From: Euprymna scolopes
Lineage: Eukaryota
Reading direction: 5' to 3' (one strand)
Assembly: GCA_053919585.1 (NCBI GenBank)
Contig: CM132786.1
DNA: 64,000 nt
Below, one piece after another: positions 36,749 through 50,062 of this stretch. The position numbers were made by a program, and so were the translations under genes. Within the stretch, counting starts at the first letter, position 1; every line of letters starts with the position of its first letter. Below the pieces are notes generated by a model, which saw only the letters and a program-made list of their open reading frames with translations, was not told the origin of the DNA and made no database searches.

Positions 36749-38912
36749 TAGATCGTGACAAACAGTTTATGGTCGGTTTCAAGTATGAATTGTCTACCAT
36801 ATCTAAATATCGGTGAAATTTAGTCACGGCAAAGATTTTGCTCAACGCTTCTTTTTCGATTTGTGAACATGCCCTTTCGGCTGGTATCAGCGTTCTCGAA
36901 GCATGCGCTATTGGCTTTCTAGACCTATCCGGCATAATATGTGTAATGCATGCTCCTAAGCCGTAGGAGCTAGCGTCATTAGCGACGACTATTTTTAAGT
37001 TTGTGTCAAAGTGCGTTAAGAATAATTCGGATGTTAGTGCGCTCTTTATTTTGTCAAAAGCGGTTTGACATTCTTGCGTCCAGTTCCACGGTGTATCCTT
37101 TTTAAGCAGATTATTTAAGGGGGCTCGCAAGTTATGCATTCCTTCAGTAAAAGATTGGTAATAATTTGCGAGTCCTAAGAAACTCTGCAAGGTTGTTACA
37201 TTATCGGGTGCTGGCATATTTTTTATTGCCGCAGATCTGTCTGGGTCTGGACGTCGTCCATGTTTGTTTATTATGTGTCCAAGATACTTAATCTCGCTCA
37301 TACAAAAGTCACATTTACTTCCTTTTACTTTAAAGCCGAATTCTTGTATTCGAGTAAATACTTGTTTCAAATGTTCCTTATGTTCTTCTAGGGATTTGCT
37401 CCTGACAACAATGTCGTCCAGGCATGCACATGCGCACTCAATACCACTTAGAATGGTGTCCATCGCTTGCTGAAAGATGGCAGGCGCTACTTTGATGCCA
37501 ACAGACAATCGGTTGTATTTGTATAATCCCTTATGCGTATTGATGCATATTATTTTTGAGCAATTCTCCTCGACCGGTATTTGCAAATACGCGTCGCTCA
37601 AGTCTATCTTGGAGAAGATATTACCCCCATTCAACTTCGTGAATATTTCCTCTGGGTTTGGTAGGGGGTAATGGTGATCTTTTAATAGGGAGTTGACCCC
37701 GGTCGAAAAGTCTGCGAACACTCTAACTTCGTCATTCTTTTTCTTTACGTATACGGTGGGGGCTGCCCACTCGTTGTGTTCTATTTTTGATAGACTTCCC
37801 GTCTGTTCCAATCTATTTAATTCTTTATCAAACTTTTCCAACCCAGCGAACCGAACATTTCGCTTTTTTCTAAAAATCGGGCTGGCGTTTTCTTTAAGTT
37901 CAAACGAGGCCTTGAATTTATTGCAGCGACCTAAGTTAGTCGTGAATGCCTCAGGAAATAATTCTTTTAAATCGTCTTTTATATTTACTGTTGTTGGAGA
38001 ATAATATTCTAATTTTTTACAGAATGTATTGATTGGCTTATCCCATAGTCCGAATTTCTCAATTAAATCTATTCCAAACAGATTTTCACTATTTTTTAGT
38101 ACGAATATTTTTAATTTCTTCGAAATCCCTTTCAATTTTATCGGGAGGACAACTTCTCCTTCAAATTTTATACCACCACCAGTTACCGTCCGGGCTGCTT
38201 TACTAGTTTTCATCATGGCCGGTTTTCCCAACTTTTTCCACGTATTCAGGTTTATTATAAAAACATCGAAGCCGGAGTCGAGTTGTAACTTTATTGATGT
38301 TTTAAATATTTCCACTTTTACGTATTTTCGCCGATCTTTGTCTAATTTTGTATTTGATTTTGTTTGCTGTACTCTCTTTCTGGTGTAATCTTTATATCTG
38401 CAGCAATCGCTTTTGTGTCCCACCTTCTTACAAATGTAGCATTTTTTCTTCTTATAAGGACAATCTGATTCCCAATGCTTTTCTGCACATCTCTTACAGT
38501 TATATCTAGGAAGAGGCTTGTTATATTCTGTACTATATTTATGGTTATTATCTTTGGAATATCCCGTTCCATTGCTTTTCTTTGTAAAGTTCTTGGTTGG
38601 TGCGTATGGTTTTCTAACTTTTCTTACATATGCCACTCCGGATTCTTCTATATGTTTAAAATCCTTTCTTAGTGTAATGGCCCTTTCACAGTCCTCTGCT
38701 AGTTTCTGGAGGGTTAAATCTTGCTCAGATTCCAGCTTAGACAACACTCGTCTGCGTATTTCTGCATTTTTCGTGAAAACTAACCCTTGAGCGAAGATTA
38801 GACATTTATAATCTTCTACCGTTAGTTCTGCAAGCTTTAAATTATCGCAGTTTTTATTGACAACTGATGCGTATGTCAAATAATCATGGTTGTCCATCTT
38901 TCTTAGATTCAT
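36711..38912 (-). CDS. pol: Gag C-terminus (two zinc knuckles) + protease + RT + RNase H, decayed
   Basis: CKRCAEKHWESDC, CYICKKVGHKSDC, LQLDSG, KIDLSDAYLQI, CLDD (YLDD mutated), NDASSYGLGA and SQIEKEAL. Confidence 0.93.
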   Translation of the reverse strand: MNLRKMDNHDYLTYASVVNKNCDNLKLAELTVEDYKCLIFAQGLVFTKNAEIRRRVLSKLESEQDLTLQKLAEDCERAITLRKDFKHIEESGVAYVRKVRKPYAPTKNFTKKSNGTGYSKDNNHKYSTEYNKPLPRYNCKRCAEKHWESDCPYKKKKCYICKKVGHKSDCCRYKDYTRKRVQQTKSNTKLDKDRRKYVKVEIFKTSIKLQLDSGFDVFIINLNTWKKLGKPAMMKTSKAARTVTGGGIKFEGEVVLPIKLKGISKKLKIFVLKNSENLFGIDLIEKFGLWDKPINTFCKKLEYYSPTTVNIKDDLKELFPEAFTTNLGRCNKFKASFELKENASPIFRKKRNVRFAGLEKFDKELNRLEQTGSLSKIEHNEWAAPTVYVKKKNDEVRVFADFSTGVNSLLKDHHYPLPNPEEIFTKLNGGNIFSKIDLSDAYLQIPVEENCSKIICINTHKGLYKYNRLSVGIKVAPAIFQQAMDTILSGIECACACLDDIVVRSKSLEEHKEHLKQVFTRIQEFGFKVKGSKCDFCMSEIKYLGHIINKHGRRPDPDRSAAIKNMPAPDNVTTLQSFLGLANYYQSFTEGMHNLRAPLNNLLKKDTPWNWTQECQTAFDKIKSALTSELFLTHFDTNLKIVVANDASSYGLGACITHIMPDRSRKPIAHASRTLIPAERACSQIEKEALSKIFAVTKFHRYLDMVDNSYLKPTINCLSRSIDKKRIAGIHRN

Positions 38913-39007
38913 GCACAGCCATCTTTTATGAAAAAGAGATATATTTGGATTAAATAATTCTTTTAGTCATTTTACAGCTTCCATGAACTCTAATTCCGCA
39001 GTTTTTT

Positions 39008-39545
39008 TTAGGTAATATGTAATCTACGAAATTTGCTGTGTTCTGATGTACCCAATTTTCTGAGTAAGAGGCTCACTTTCTGACTATTTGGCCAATTTTT
39101 ACAGTCCAGTTGGAAAACATCCTCGTATCTTGTGTAGTATGCTTCAAAATTCCTCTCTTCCTCAGGCACATAATGAAATGTGTCCATGCTATTAAAAATA
39201 GTTGTATGGGAGAAATTAACACTATCGACATTTTCTCGATTACTCTTTAGTAGTTCCAGTGTTTTAGCAAACGGTTCATCTTGTCTTTCTTCATATTCCA
39301 ATTTTAGTTTCTTATGCCTTTCTTCCTGTTCCAATTGCAGTTTTTTTCTGCTTTAATTGTGCTTTTTTCTGCTTTTCTTCTTGTTCCTGCTGCCATTTCA
39401 ATAATCTGTCCTCTCTCTTTTCCACGCGGTAAGCCTGTGCCTGTATTTGTGTTTGTAAAAGCTCGTTTTGTGTAGCTTGTCTGCGTTCATCCCGCTCAGC
39501 CTGTGCTTGTAAAAATTGCATGAACATTTTTGATAAGTCTTCCAT
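39008..39545 (-). pseudogene. gag: Gag N-terminal part, frameshifted
   Basis: Gln/Glu-rich coiled-coil start MEDLSKMFMQFLQ, then FHYVPEEERNFEAYYTRYEDVF...KVSLLLRKLG as in Mag-type Gag. Confidence 0.8.
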
Positions 39546-40457
39546 GTTTTTTTTGTTTTTTTTAGTGTGTAGTTAAAAAAATATTGTACCATGTACAATA
39601 TACACCGGTTTGGGTTACAACAAAAACGCAAATTGCTGTAAGCTCCTCTTTTCAATAATAATATCGCTGCTTGCAATAATATGTACTTTTTGCGAGTCAC
39701 GCTGCAAAAAAAAATAGGTTCATCTGGAATCACGAAATGGAATTAACTTTCCGTTTTTAGGCACTTACTAATAAGTAACTCTTTCCACAAAAAAAAAGTT
39801 TTTTTTTTTAATCGAGTCACAATTGAATAAATGTATGCAGTACATTTAGTTCTTTGAGTTTTTTTCTCTAGTATTTTAGTAATTAAAATACCTCTTAAAT
39901 TGAGATTACCTTTTTTCCGTGACGTTTTACTGTATTATCCGTTATTCAGTGACAACTTCAAGAAAAAAAAATCCTATCCTTGAATTTTAGTTTTAGCTCT
40001 GGTATTTCCTTTTAGTACCGACGTCAACCAAAACATTAATCAAAAAGTCCTTTAGTTGTTGTTTTGTTTACAGAGAACAGTAATTAGAATCCACTGGTGA
40101 ACTTTTTTCGTAGGTTACTTCTTGCTTTTCGTAATACGGGTCTGACCTGTCGTTTTTGCGACAGAACAAAGTTCGCTTTTCGTTTGCAAGTTGGTCCTTT
40201 AGTAAGATTTGTCGTGTAGCGACAAAACAAAAATTCACTTTTACATTCGTTTGCAAGTCGGATTCCCAGAAAACGGCGTAAATTGTCGCTTTTGCCACGT
40301 TAGAGTTTTTTTTTCACTTGAGTTGAAACTTCTCTGTAGCGTAAAATCCGTTTGCTCGTCAACACTTTGCATTCCTTAAAAGAAATTGTCAACCTTTGCG
40401 TTGTACTTTTTTTTTTTAATATTTCTTCGTCAAACTGTTATATTTGACGCTTCATAT

Positions 40458-40467
40458 CTCGTCGCCA
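40458..40467 (-). promoter_or_regulatory. Primer-binding site TGGCGACGAG
   Basis: Lies 2 nt inside the 5' LTR end. Complementary to the 3' end (…CUCGUCGCCA) of a tRNA-Ser(GCU)-type tRNA (recalled, not searched). Confidence 0.8.
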
Positions 40468-40469
40468 AC

Positions 40470-40743
40470 TGTTGTGGTTGCAAGGTTGAACAATAATTAG
40501 TAAGTAAATACAATGAAGACGCAAACCACAAGATAACGCAATAATAAGTGTATTAAAGAAAAGGTATATTTACAATATGTACAAATGACGGTGTCGAGTC
40601 AGAGAGTCTTGGTGGGAGGACATGTACGCTTCTCGGCGTCACTTCCAGTGGCATTTGAGTAAGACACGCCAAGGCCAACCTAGGCTTGCCATTTATAGTG
40701 TTATGTTATTCGCATATGCAAATAATTGGTTGTCACCACAACA
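40470..40743 (-). repeat. 5' LTR
   Basis: TG...CA termini (tgttgtgg...ccacaaca). Confidence 0.95.
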
Positions 40744-41222
40744 GGTACATAGGTCAAAATAAATAAGAAAATGGCATTATGCTACATAGGTTTATATAAA
40801 TAAGAAATATGACATTATGCTACATAGGGCAATATAAATAAGAAAAGTGACATTATGCTACATAGTCATTATAAATAAGAAAAGTGACATTATGCTACAT
40901 AGGTCAATATAATTACAAAAGTGTCATAATTCTACATAGGTTAATATAAATAAGAAACGTGGCATAATGCTACATAGGCCAATATAAATGAGAAAAGTGA
41001 CATTATGCTACATCGGTCAATATAAATGAGAAAAGTGACATTCTTCTACATAGGAAAATATAAATAAGAAAAGTGACATTATGCTTTATCGGTCAATATA
41101 ACGAGAAAAGTGACATTATGCTACATCGGTCAATATGAACTAGAAAAGTGACTGTATGCTACATAGGTCATTATAAATAAAAAAAAGTGACATAATTCTC
41201 CATAGGTCAATATTAATTAGAA
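40744..41222. repeat. 38-bp minisatellite, right part (~12.5 units)
   Basis: Same unit as 34735-35007, resuming in phase after the TSD. Confidence 0.92.
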
Positions 41223-42724
41223 AATCAGACTTTAAGAGACCATTTTGAATTGACTCTTTAAGTCAAGCTTCGAATGATAGGAACATTTTTTTACCCTTTT
41301 TTTAATGTCCCTTTCTTACTTAAAGTTACACCGAAAACTTTTTTATTTAGTAAAAAAACGTCGAAATTATTACTGGTCCTTTTTGCTCACAGCATGATAT
41401 TCGAAAACGAGCCTACATCAAATAGAGGTCACTCTCATATTATTCTTCAAACTTGCACGATCAGATTATCTCTGTAATTCAAGATGTTGTGGTATTATTC
41501 AATAGTGATTCCGAAAATATTTTGTGCCCATTTTGCTTCTGATGTACATCCGTCACAGGGGATTTATTTCAAGAGTCTTATACCGATTGGAACCAAGAGA
41601 TAAAACCGTCAGATCATGAGTGCATAAGGTTAGACATCATAACAGTGCAATGTGCAATCCACTCTACTCAATTAGTACATTAAAAATCGGAGGGAAGGAG
41701 GCATTTTTCTCGAGTACTCCTTGTATATTAATACACACACGGTTATGTATGTGTGTATAGTAGAAAAATAGGCAATTTAACGCGTCTTACATTAAACAAA
41801 CGTTTAGTAAAAAAACAAATAATATCTTTATTAGCCATGTCTTTGTCTAAGTTTATTTTTCTATCCTTTATTTTTTTAAAATATAATTAAGACTTTAGAA
41901 AATCCGTATGCAAATCAAAATGAGAGGCGTTGTAGATTGGCGGTTTAGACAATATATAATAAAAGAATAAGAGTAACAGTATATAATTCTGCTAAGACAT
42001 TTCATCATGTATAGATGTTTTTCAAATGGTACTAAATCGTATTATGAAGATATTGTGTGTGTATTTTGTGCTTATATTCATATTATATGTATGTTTTTAT
42101 TGTTAGTACATTTAACACTATTAACCACAGCGCATAAGTATTTATTGCAGGATTATATGGATTAAAAATGCAGTTATTTCTAAAACTAGCAGAATCTGTG
42201 TACCGGCATTGCTTGGTGGAAGCATGATATATATGCCTGATCAGACGCATTGAAATTCGCCCTCTCTCTAAAAAGATAATAAACTATGTTTATCTGAAGC
42301 ATTATCGTAGACCCAACTAAATTTGTTTTATTTCTATTTTATGAGGATGTGGTAAGAGAAAAATGAAGCTCTCACAAATGAAAATAATTTTTTAATAGCA
42401 CATTACTTCATGTTACATAAAGGCAAAAAAATATGACTTATCATTCCAATAATGTAAAGTAATAAATAAAACATTTTATATAGGATTTTCGAAATCAACT
42501 CTGAAAGAATTTCGAAAAAGCAGGACTCTTTCTAGACCGAGGTACCTTTTATTATTTTAAAGAGGTAATCGGGCAATTATGCAGTTCGAACCCACGCTTT
42601 TAATTAAGTAATTTTAAATAATAAAATAAAATTTGAATCATTTAAAAATCCATGCAAAGCAATCAAAATGTTTGCTTTGGAGTGGCACGGAAGCAAAACT
42701 TACAACGCTCTGTATGTATGCTCA

Positions 42725-42971
42725 AGTACGGTACAATCATGTTGACATTCCGGTACTCGCCAGATCACAGAAGTTAAGCAACGTTGAGTCTTGCCCTTAC
42801 CAAATGGGTAACCATTTGGGAAGGCTAGGTGCTGTATGTACCTTCTGGGAAGGTTGGACGTGTGGTCAGCACCATCACCCGTAAAAAATAACTCCGTCGC
42901 TACAAAAGCATCTACAGAATTTGGAGATGGCCTATGCCCCTTAGTGGTTCAAGGCTATGGATGGATGGATG
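42725..42971 (+). mobile_element. 5S rRNA-derived SINE (SINE3-type), copy 1
   Basis: The head resembles 5S rRNA (ccggtactcgccagatcacagaagttaagcaacg...atgggtaacc..tgggaa..ggtgctgta). A ~130-bp body and (TGGA)n tail follow. TSD gtatgtatgc(t/c)ca at 42712-42724 and 42972-42984. Confidence 0.88.
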
Positions 42972-45900
42972 GTATGTATGCCCATTAAAGGATGGAACAA
43001 AATGATACTGTATTTAATGCAAATTATTATGATTATGATAGAGATAATATGATTTATAAGTACAATAATAATAGCAGCATAAAACCTATTAACAGAAGCA
43101 GCAGTAGTGTATCTAGTAGCAAAAACTTCCGATATAAATAAAATATTTATTTCATATGAATTTTTAATTTTTAAATACCGACTTTTAAATGGTGTAGAAA
43201 GAAATGATTATGTATTTAACTATATATATATATGTAACACAGCACTGGCGCGCGTATTCGAATACCACTATGTGTGCAAAATAATGTCACAGTAAGGAAA
43301 AAAGAAAATACTGAATGAGAAAATACATGTTGCTGTACAATAAAGAAATGGTCGAGTTGTTACTTGTCCTATGTTCCTTGTAACGTAGCCTGCATAACAC
43401 GTATGGATCCTGTTTGTAAACGTGAGTGCCGTTACATTTACCTTATTTACAAACAAGTTAGACAATGTTTCTTTTTTAATAGAAGTAGAATGTGAGAAGA
43501 GCAAGATGCACGTTTTATATTATATATTATAGCGATTTATAAAAAATAATATCAAATTGACTTCTTCACATGAAGAAAAATATAAATTTAATGTGAGTGA
43601 AAATTTCATTATTGCAAACCTAACAGTCGATAGAGAGTTGTCTTTAAATTTTATACCCCTGTCCAAGTTGAACGCTGTACAGCAAATATTTTATAGTAAA
43701 GGTAAGGGAATCAACTTTACGTACAAATTTAATGTAAAATTACCACACACTTTCAGGGGTAGTTAGCGTTTGAATGAAATCTTATCACTCTAAGATAATC
43801 GTATATGTGAAGTATTCTTTATTTTTTGTAGTATCATATTATAAATTGATAACATTAAAGGAATTGTTGGCGACTATTGTTGCCACATGGACTTATGGTT
43901 TGTTGTTAGGTAATTATTTTTATTATTAGTTCTACACTCTCAAAAAACCAACAATCGTCTCTTCAAGCAAAAATATTTGTTTGTATACTCTTACAACGTT
44001 AAACATAAATCCCCCACTTTAAAATCTTCCAAAATTGTATTTGTCTGAAGAGGTAATACTTGAAAAGCAGATTCACCCTTTTGGAAAGGAATAGGATTCA
44101 GCTTAAGGCACTCACCTACAAATGTACCGACAATTAGTTTAAATATAACATTTTCAAATGTTTTTTATAGTGATCTGGTAGCCATTTAACCGTATGTAAA
44201 TAATAATTATTTATTGGCGTGATTTATTGCAATTATATTTATCTAAAAATATTAATTTTACAAAAAGCCTCTATAAAAAGAACGTGATTTTAATTTCACA
44301 AAGAACGTATTTACATTCTTGCTTGTACAACACTATGAAATTATGTAAAAACGGAACACATACATAGATGCGAGCGAAAATGTTTCATAAAGCGTATTGT
44401 CAAAGGCTTTAATATTGCCGTTTAGTTTCTTTCTATAGTATATTGAAGACGATGTGTATTTTATATAGCAATAATAATATCAGTATTATAATTAGTAACA
44501 TATATCTCTGTAGTATTATAACAATAATATTAGTTGCAACAAAGCAATGGCAGTCAGATAGATAAACGCACGCACAATGTTAACTCTTATGGATGTTTTA
44601 TTATATTGAGTACATTGTTAATGATGTGCTCGTTACGGTAAAAAATTAGAGCACCCAGAGAAAAATATGTATTAACGGATAACTTCGAAAAATGTGATTA
44701 CCTACTTGCAATCTTAATGAACAATTATTATTAATCGTAGTATAAAGAGAAGTATTAGAAAAATAACCTCACACTGAAACACGTAAACATTTCTTGTATA
44801 TTTCCCGTTCTGGCTTTCTCTGTCTCTTTATTTCTATCACTGATACTTTCTCCATCTCTCTGTATTCTGTCTCGTTGAGATTGTCGAAACGCACAAACGA
44901 ATTTGATGGTATTCTAGTATACATCGTTGTAATAATAAACAACCTACAATAAATTTCTTTATAAAACCCGTTGTTATACGGTGTTCATAATCAATCGAAA
45001 CGGATGGCTGATAAGCATGTGGACTGTCATGTTATTGTAAGCAGATTAATTTCTGTAGTAATGGAAAAGCGCGAAATGAAAAATGAAGATTTATGTCCGA
45101 GGAGCCAATGAAAGCTTTGTCATAATCACGAGTAAATTACAGAAAGAGTGGACTATGAAATATGAGCTCCAGTCGAAACTGTGTAAAACCTAGATTAATA
45201 AAACATATATTCTATAAATTTAGCCAGAATATATGCATTCTTGCTAAATTCCTAAGGAAATATGCATCTAAAGCGGTCGTATTCTAGTGGTCCTTGCGCT
45301 CGTGTGTTACAAGCAAATATGTGTTAGGTGTGAAACCGTAACGAAATTGAAGTAGAAGCACGATGCGCTCTTGAGCATTATAATTGTTTTGAGTAAATCA
45401 TTTTAGCATTTTGCATGTAAATTCAGGTAATGTCTCTCTCTGGATCAACGAGAAAATTGCTTTCCATGGCGATGAAGGTCCAAAGTAAGTGAAATGTCGT
45501 CCTTCGTTCTCTTGTTTTTATTTTTTCAACGCTATCTCTCCGATTTTCTTTATCGCGTTGCTATTAATTTTTAACTGTTCGTTATTTTCTCACGCACTCT
45601 AAATTGAAAGATTTAAAATAAGCGAGGTTCGATTTCTATAGATTGAAAATGTCAACTTTACACATTTCGTAAAGAAACAGAGAGAAAATACTCTAAGGTA
45701 ATTAATAAAGAAAAATATACAATATTAATATCATGAATATTTTACATGAGCTCACACTATCATAATGGATAAATTCATGTAATGACGACCAAATAATTGT
45801 CAATCACAGAACATAATTGACAATAGCTATATCTTAACGACTTGTGCTTGAAAATATCCACCGACAATCTTTGCAATAACCCCACTAATAACATATGGGG

Positions 45901-47832
45901 TATCGCTTATGTCAATCTTAGAGGTCATAGGTCAATCCTCATAATTATTGTTCATGAGACTCATATTAATGAAACTGAAAGGGTATATAAAGAGGTGGAG
46001 TTATTTGGAGTGTGATAAAATATTTGTTCAGTTAAAAGAACTGTCTGTAATAGAACTTCTACGTTTAAAATACACACACGTTTAAGTTTTTTTGTTTTGT
46101 TTTTGTTTTGTTTAAAGAATGTGAGACATTTGATTCCAAACGTGTGTCTTCTAAATGCGGACACCTCGGAACTTTAAAACTTTTGAGAAAGTGTTTATGT
46201 AGTTTTCCATCGAAAATAATTCAATGTGTGCATTCATAAAACGGCTTTCTATCTTCTCAGTCGCGCTCGGACGGTATGAAGTTAATTGTTCAATAATATG
46301 TAGAACATCGAGATAATTTTTAGAATATAGAATTCAACAAAAAAAACAATATGTGTGATATCCAGGTGAATCTTCAAGACAAATATACCAATTGTCGTGC
46401 GGTCTTCATATTACTTTCTTTTAAGCATGTAAGTCGCTGCTGTAAAATTTGCAACACATGTAATTACTGACTATAAATATGATGAGACCTCTGTGTTGCA
46501 GTTATTGATTTTCAATGCTATACGACTTTTCTCCGGCAAGATCACCATTCGTAGAATTACAATTAGTATTCATTTAGATACGTAGCGGGATAGAAACACA
46601 TAAGTTACAGTTGTAATGTAAGAGAAACCTCTGCTGCCCACTTTCAACCATTCCCCTTCGTACAAACAATTGTATTATGTTGCTGGATATCAACAGTTAG
46701 ATAACTATTTTGTAATTTGTTATCGTTTTAAAATTTACTTGCTTATATTCTCTTTTTGTTGAAGAAAATACTTCTCTACATGATATGCATAATATTTGGG
46801 TGTTTCACCCAAGTTATTACTTGCCGCGCAAACACCGATTTAGAAAAGTTGTAAGAGCATTAGAACAATAATTTTCCTCATGACAATTGACTAACTAACA
46901 GTTTGGTGCAGTAGTGTTTGCCGTGTCGTGAAAATTATTTTGACTTTTGGATACAATTTTATTTTTAATACCTTGCCAGAATATAATTATAGGGTAAAGT
47001 ACCTTTGTTAAAGGGTTTTCATGACAAAAGATATATAATTCTCTAAGCCCTATCGTATTTTTGAAAAAAAAATGTGTTCAACATTATTAATAGATGTTCC
47101 CTTACTTAAAACATTAGTGACGATTATTGCCGGTCTGACAAAATTGTGAAGTGAATATTTTATAAAGCATGGTAACTGTTTAGGCCATACAAATAATTCC
47201 CCAGAAACTGTTAACAGCTCATAGACAGCTTACGTTGAACGACTGATTTATTTTTCTTTTGATATATGCGTATATTATGTGACAAATTCCGTGAGCGTCA
47301 TCGTAAGTGACTGCACGTGAGATATTCTCTGCGCGATGTGCTTCGATATATTTCGTTCAGCAGAGAAATTTAATAGAAACCGCGTTTACCATTCTGGAAT
47401 TAAATTATGCCACTAGCAATATTCCTTACAAGTATCTAGCTAAGTCGTGTCTAGGTTGAGCTTATCTCGACAAATGTTATAATCCATTTAAACAAAGAGA
47501 AATAGCTGAATAAATTGAATGAATAACGCCTTAGATAAAGTTAAGTTGCGGCTAGAGAAAGTTTTATGCAGTAATGTTTGTATTAATTTTAAAATTGCTA
47601 ATAAAGTAGATAGATAAACAGCATGCTTCTACAACTAAATTCATCAAGGTTTGTTTCACTGAGATTTCAGAATTTTTGCATATTTTTGTTGTGGTAATTA
47701 TAATTTACAATAAACCCTACGACTTATAATTCTGTTCTGTATTTTTCATACAAATATTTCTCTTTAATTATCTATTTATTCGACAACAATCATAGTATTT
47801 TAGTAGATGTGCGCCTTTTTCCCCTTTATTCA

Positions 47833-47870
<38 letters not shown>

Positions 47871-48349
47871 TATTCATACTCAATACGTAAATAATACAAT
47901 GCCAATTATACTCCATACCAAAACATAACTCTTCATGTTTGCGCTATGACTAGAAAATATTCAGTCTTACATTAATTTATGTGTTCGAGCCGTGATTTAA
48001 CCCCTCAATTTATTAGATTATGCAAAGCGAAAGGATCTGACAATATTTAAACATAGTGCATAAATGATTCAATGTGAATTAGCCTGTATTTTTAAAAATA
48101 TATGGGGTCATTGCTAAAAAGAAAATGCTACTCAACGCTTTGAAACTGTTGTGATATTCCCGTATTAATAGATTCTGGAGACCGATCTCCTGGCACTATA
48201 AATAGCTAAATAGTAGTGTGTGTTTCATGAATTATCTAACCATATCCGTGAAAAATGATGGACTTTTTAATCACCTAAGCTAATTCAGTGATAAGCAATG
48301 TTGATATCGTCATGTTAGGTCAACAGTTAATGTGTTGACTGTAATACCG

Positions 48350-49020
48350 CTTAATATAAGTGGAGTCTATTCAGGGCGAATTAGTACGTAGAACAATATC
48401 TCTCGAACTATTCAAATACTATGATAGGTTTTGTGGTAATCGTCTAAAATATATAACTTGCAATATCAGGAAGAGAATGAAATTAGCCTCAGAAAAGATT
48501 GGTGAAAAAGCATTTTACCCGAGTTGCTATATCTCCTCTACGTTTATCAGTGATGATGATACTTACTAAAGCGCCTAGAATATCCGCTACGATGAACAAC
48601 TCTACAGACAGGGTAGATCGCAGACATAACTCTATGTGGACGATATGAAGCTATTTTTTGAAACAGCAGTCGATTGGAATAATTAATAAGCTCAAAGAGG
48701 ATCTTAAGTTTGTAAAGCTAAGTGTAATTCGTCAGGAAATATGTTCATTAATAAAGATCACAAGGTGAATATTTGACAGATCTAGAAGCATAGAAGTGTA
48801 AAACCAAGAGATTAAAATAGTCGCGAATATAAAATATATAGATTACTTTGAGTTCATGAAGTAGAAACTATCGAATCACAGAAATTATAAAAAAGTTGAG
48901 AAACAATGTTTTATTAAGACAACGTCATTTATAGTCATTTTACTAAACAAAAAAAGAGTATATATTAGTGAGGTAGCCTATACAATTACTAAAGAAGAAC
49001 ACAGAGAAATTCACATAACA
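48350..49020 (+). pseudogene. Very decayed non-LTR RT fragment (R4/Dong-like)
   Basis: LYVDDMKLF at ~48630-48656, with a QG(D/E)-like block at ~48362-48380. Confidence 0.35.
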
Positions 49021-49125
49021 TGACTAGAAAATACCTATTATCTGTGTGTATATTTCTTTACCAAACTCCTCTGTCAATTTTTAGTCTACAGACTCGGGAT
49101 TTGTCATAGGGCTAATGAGATTTGG

Positions 49126-49160
<35 letters not shown>

Positions 49161-49162
<2 letters not shown>

Positions 49163-49744
49163 GTTGAACTCATATCCAGATGACCTACATCTATAATTTC
49201 CAGTGTTTAGACCTAAAATTGATGGAGTACTTTGGTAGAGTCTAAAAACATAAACTCTTCCAACTTTGCTTTCTTGGCAGCAAAATTTTCGCCCCTATAC
49301 TGATTAAAAAGCTTGATGTATCTCTGAATTTCCTTTTATGTAAAATTTCAAATGTGTAGACACAACATTGTCTGAATACATAGTTAGAGACAGCAAAGTG
49401 AAATATTTAATACATTGAAACTAAATTTTCGGCAACACCGATTAAAAAAAGTTGCCCTAATATCTAAAAGCCAAAACTGTCGGAGGATTTTGGTAACGCT
49501 TTTAAATATCAAATCGTTGAAAGCTCACCCCTTTTCAGCTTAATTTCTAACTGAAAACTGATTAAAAATGATCCCCAAATCTCAATACACATTGTGTCAA
49601 ATCTCAAGTCTGTACACAGAAAGTTGACAGAGTAGTTGTGTAGGGAAATATGCCCAACCACATCCCCCACTGTCAAACAATTTAACTTTATAGATATACT
49701 AGCAAGTCAGCCCGACTTTGCCCGGACCCTATGAAATGTTCATA

Positions 49745-49750
<6 letters not shown>
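49161..49750 (-). mobile_element. Helitron family B: 3' terminus joined head-to-tail to a 5' part
   Basis: Minus strand: ccgggcaaagtcggg ctgacttgCTAG (49699-49702) t ata tctataaagttaaattgt..., then a body homologous to 14180-14850. Confidence 0.7.
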
Positions 49751-49796
<46 letters not shown>

Positions 49797-49985
49797 TAAA
49801 GTAAAAATAATAATAATAATAATAATAATAATAATCCACTCGAATGATATTAGTTTTATTTGTGTATGGATATTGGATTAGAAAATAGCAACCCTTTTTC
49901 TATTCGTCTTTATTTGCTTGCCCACGAAAGCAAAATGTGTCACGGAATCTTTGTTAATGTGGATGAAAACCAGCTCCCCGAAACT

Positions 49986-50058
<73 letters not shown>

Positions 50059-50062
<4 letters not shown>

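Larger units (their letters stand above)
35008..40743 (-). mobile_element. Full-length Ty3/Gypsy LTR retrotransposon, Mag-type
   Basis: Two 274-bp LTRs with about 10 differences by eye. 5-bp TSD GGTAC (35003-35007 and 40744-40748), PBS and PPT present. Domain order gag-PR-RT-RH-IN. Confidence 0.97.

Noticed and set aside
42725-42835. Functional 5S rRNA gene
   Set aside because: It is diverged, has no oligo-T terminator, and is fused to a body and tail with TSDs, so it is a SINE head.
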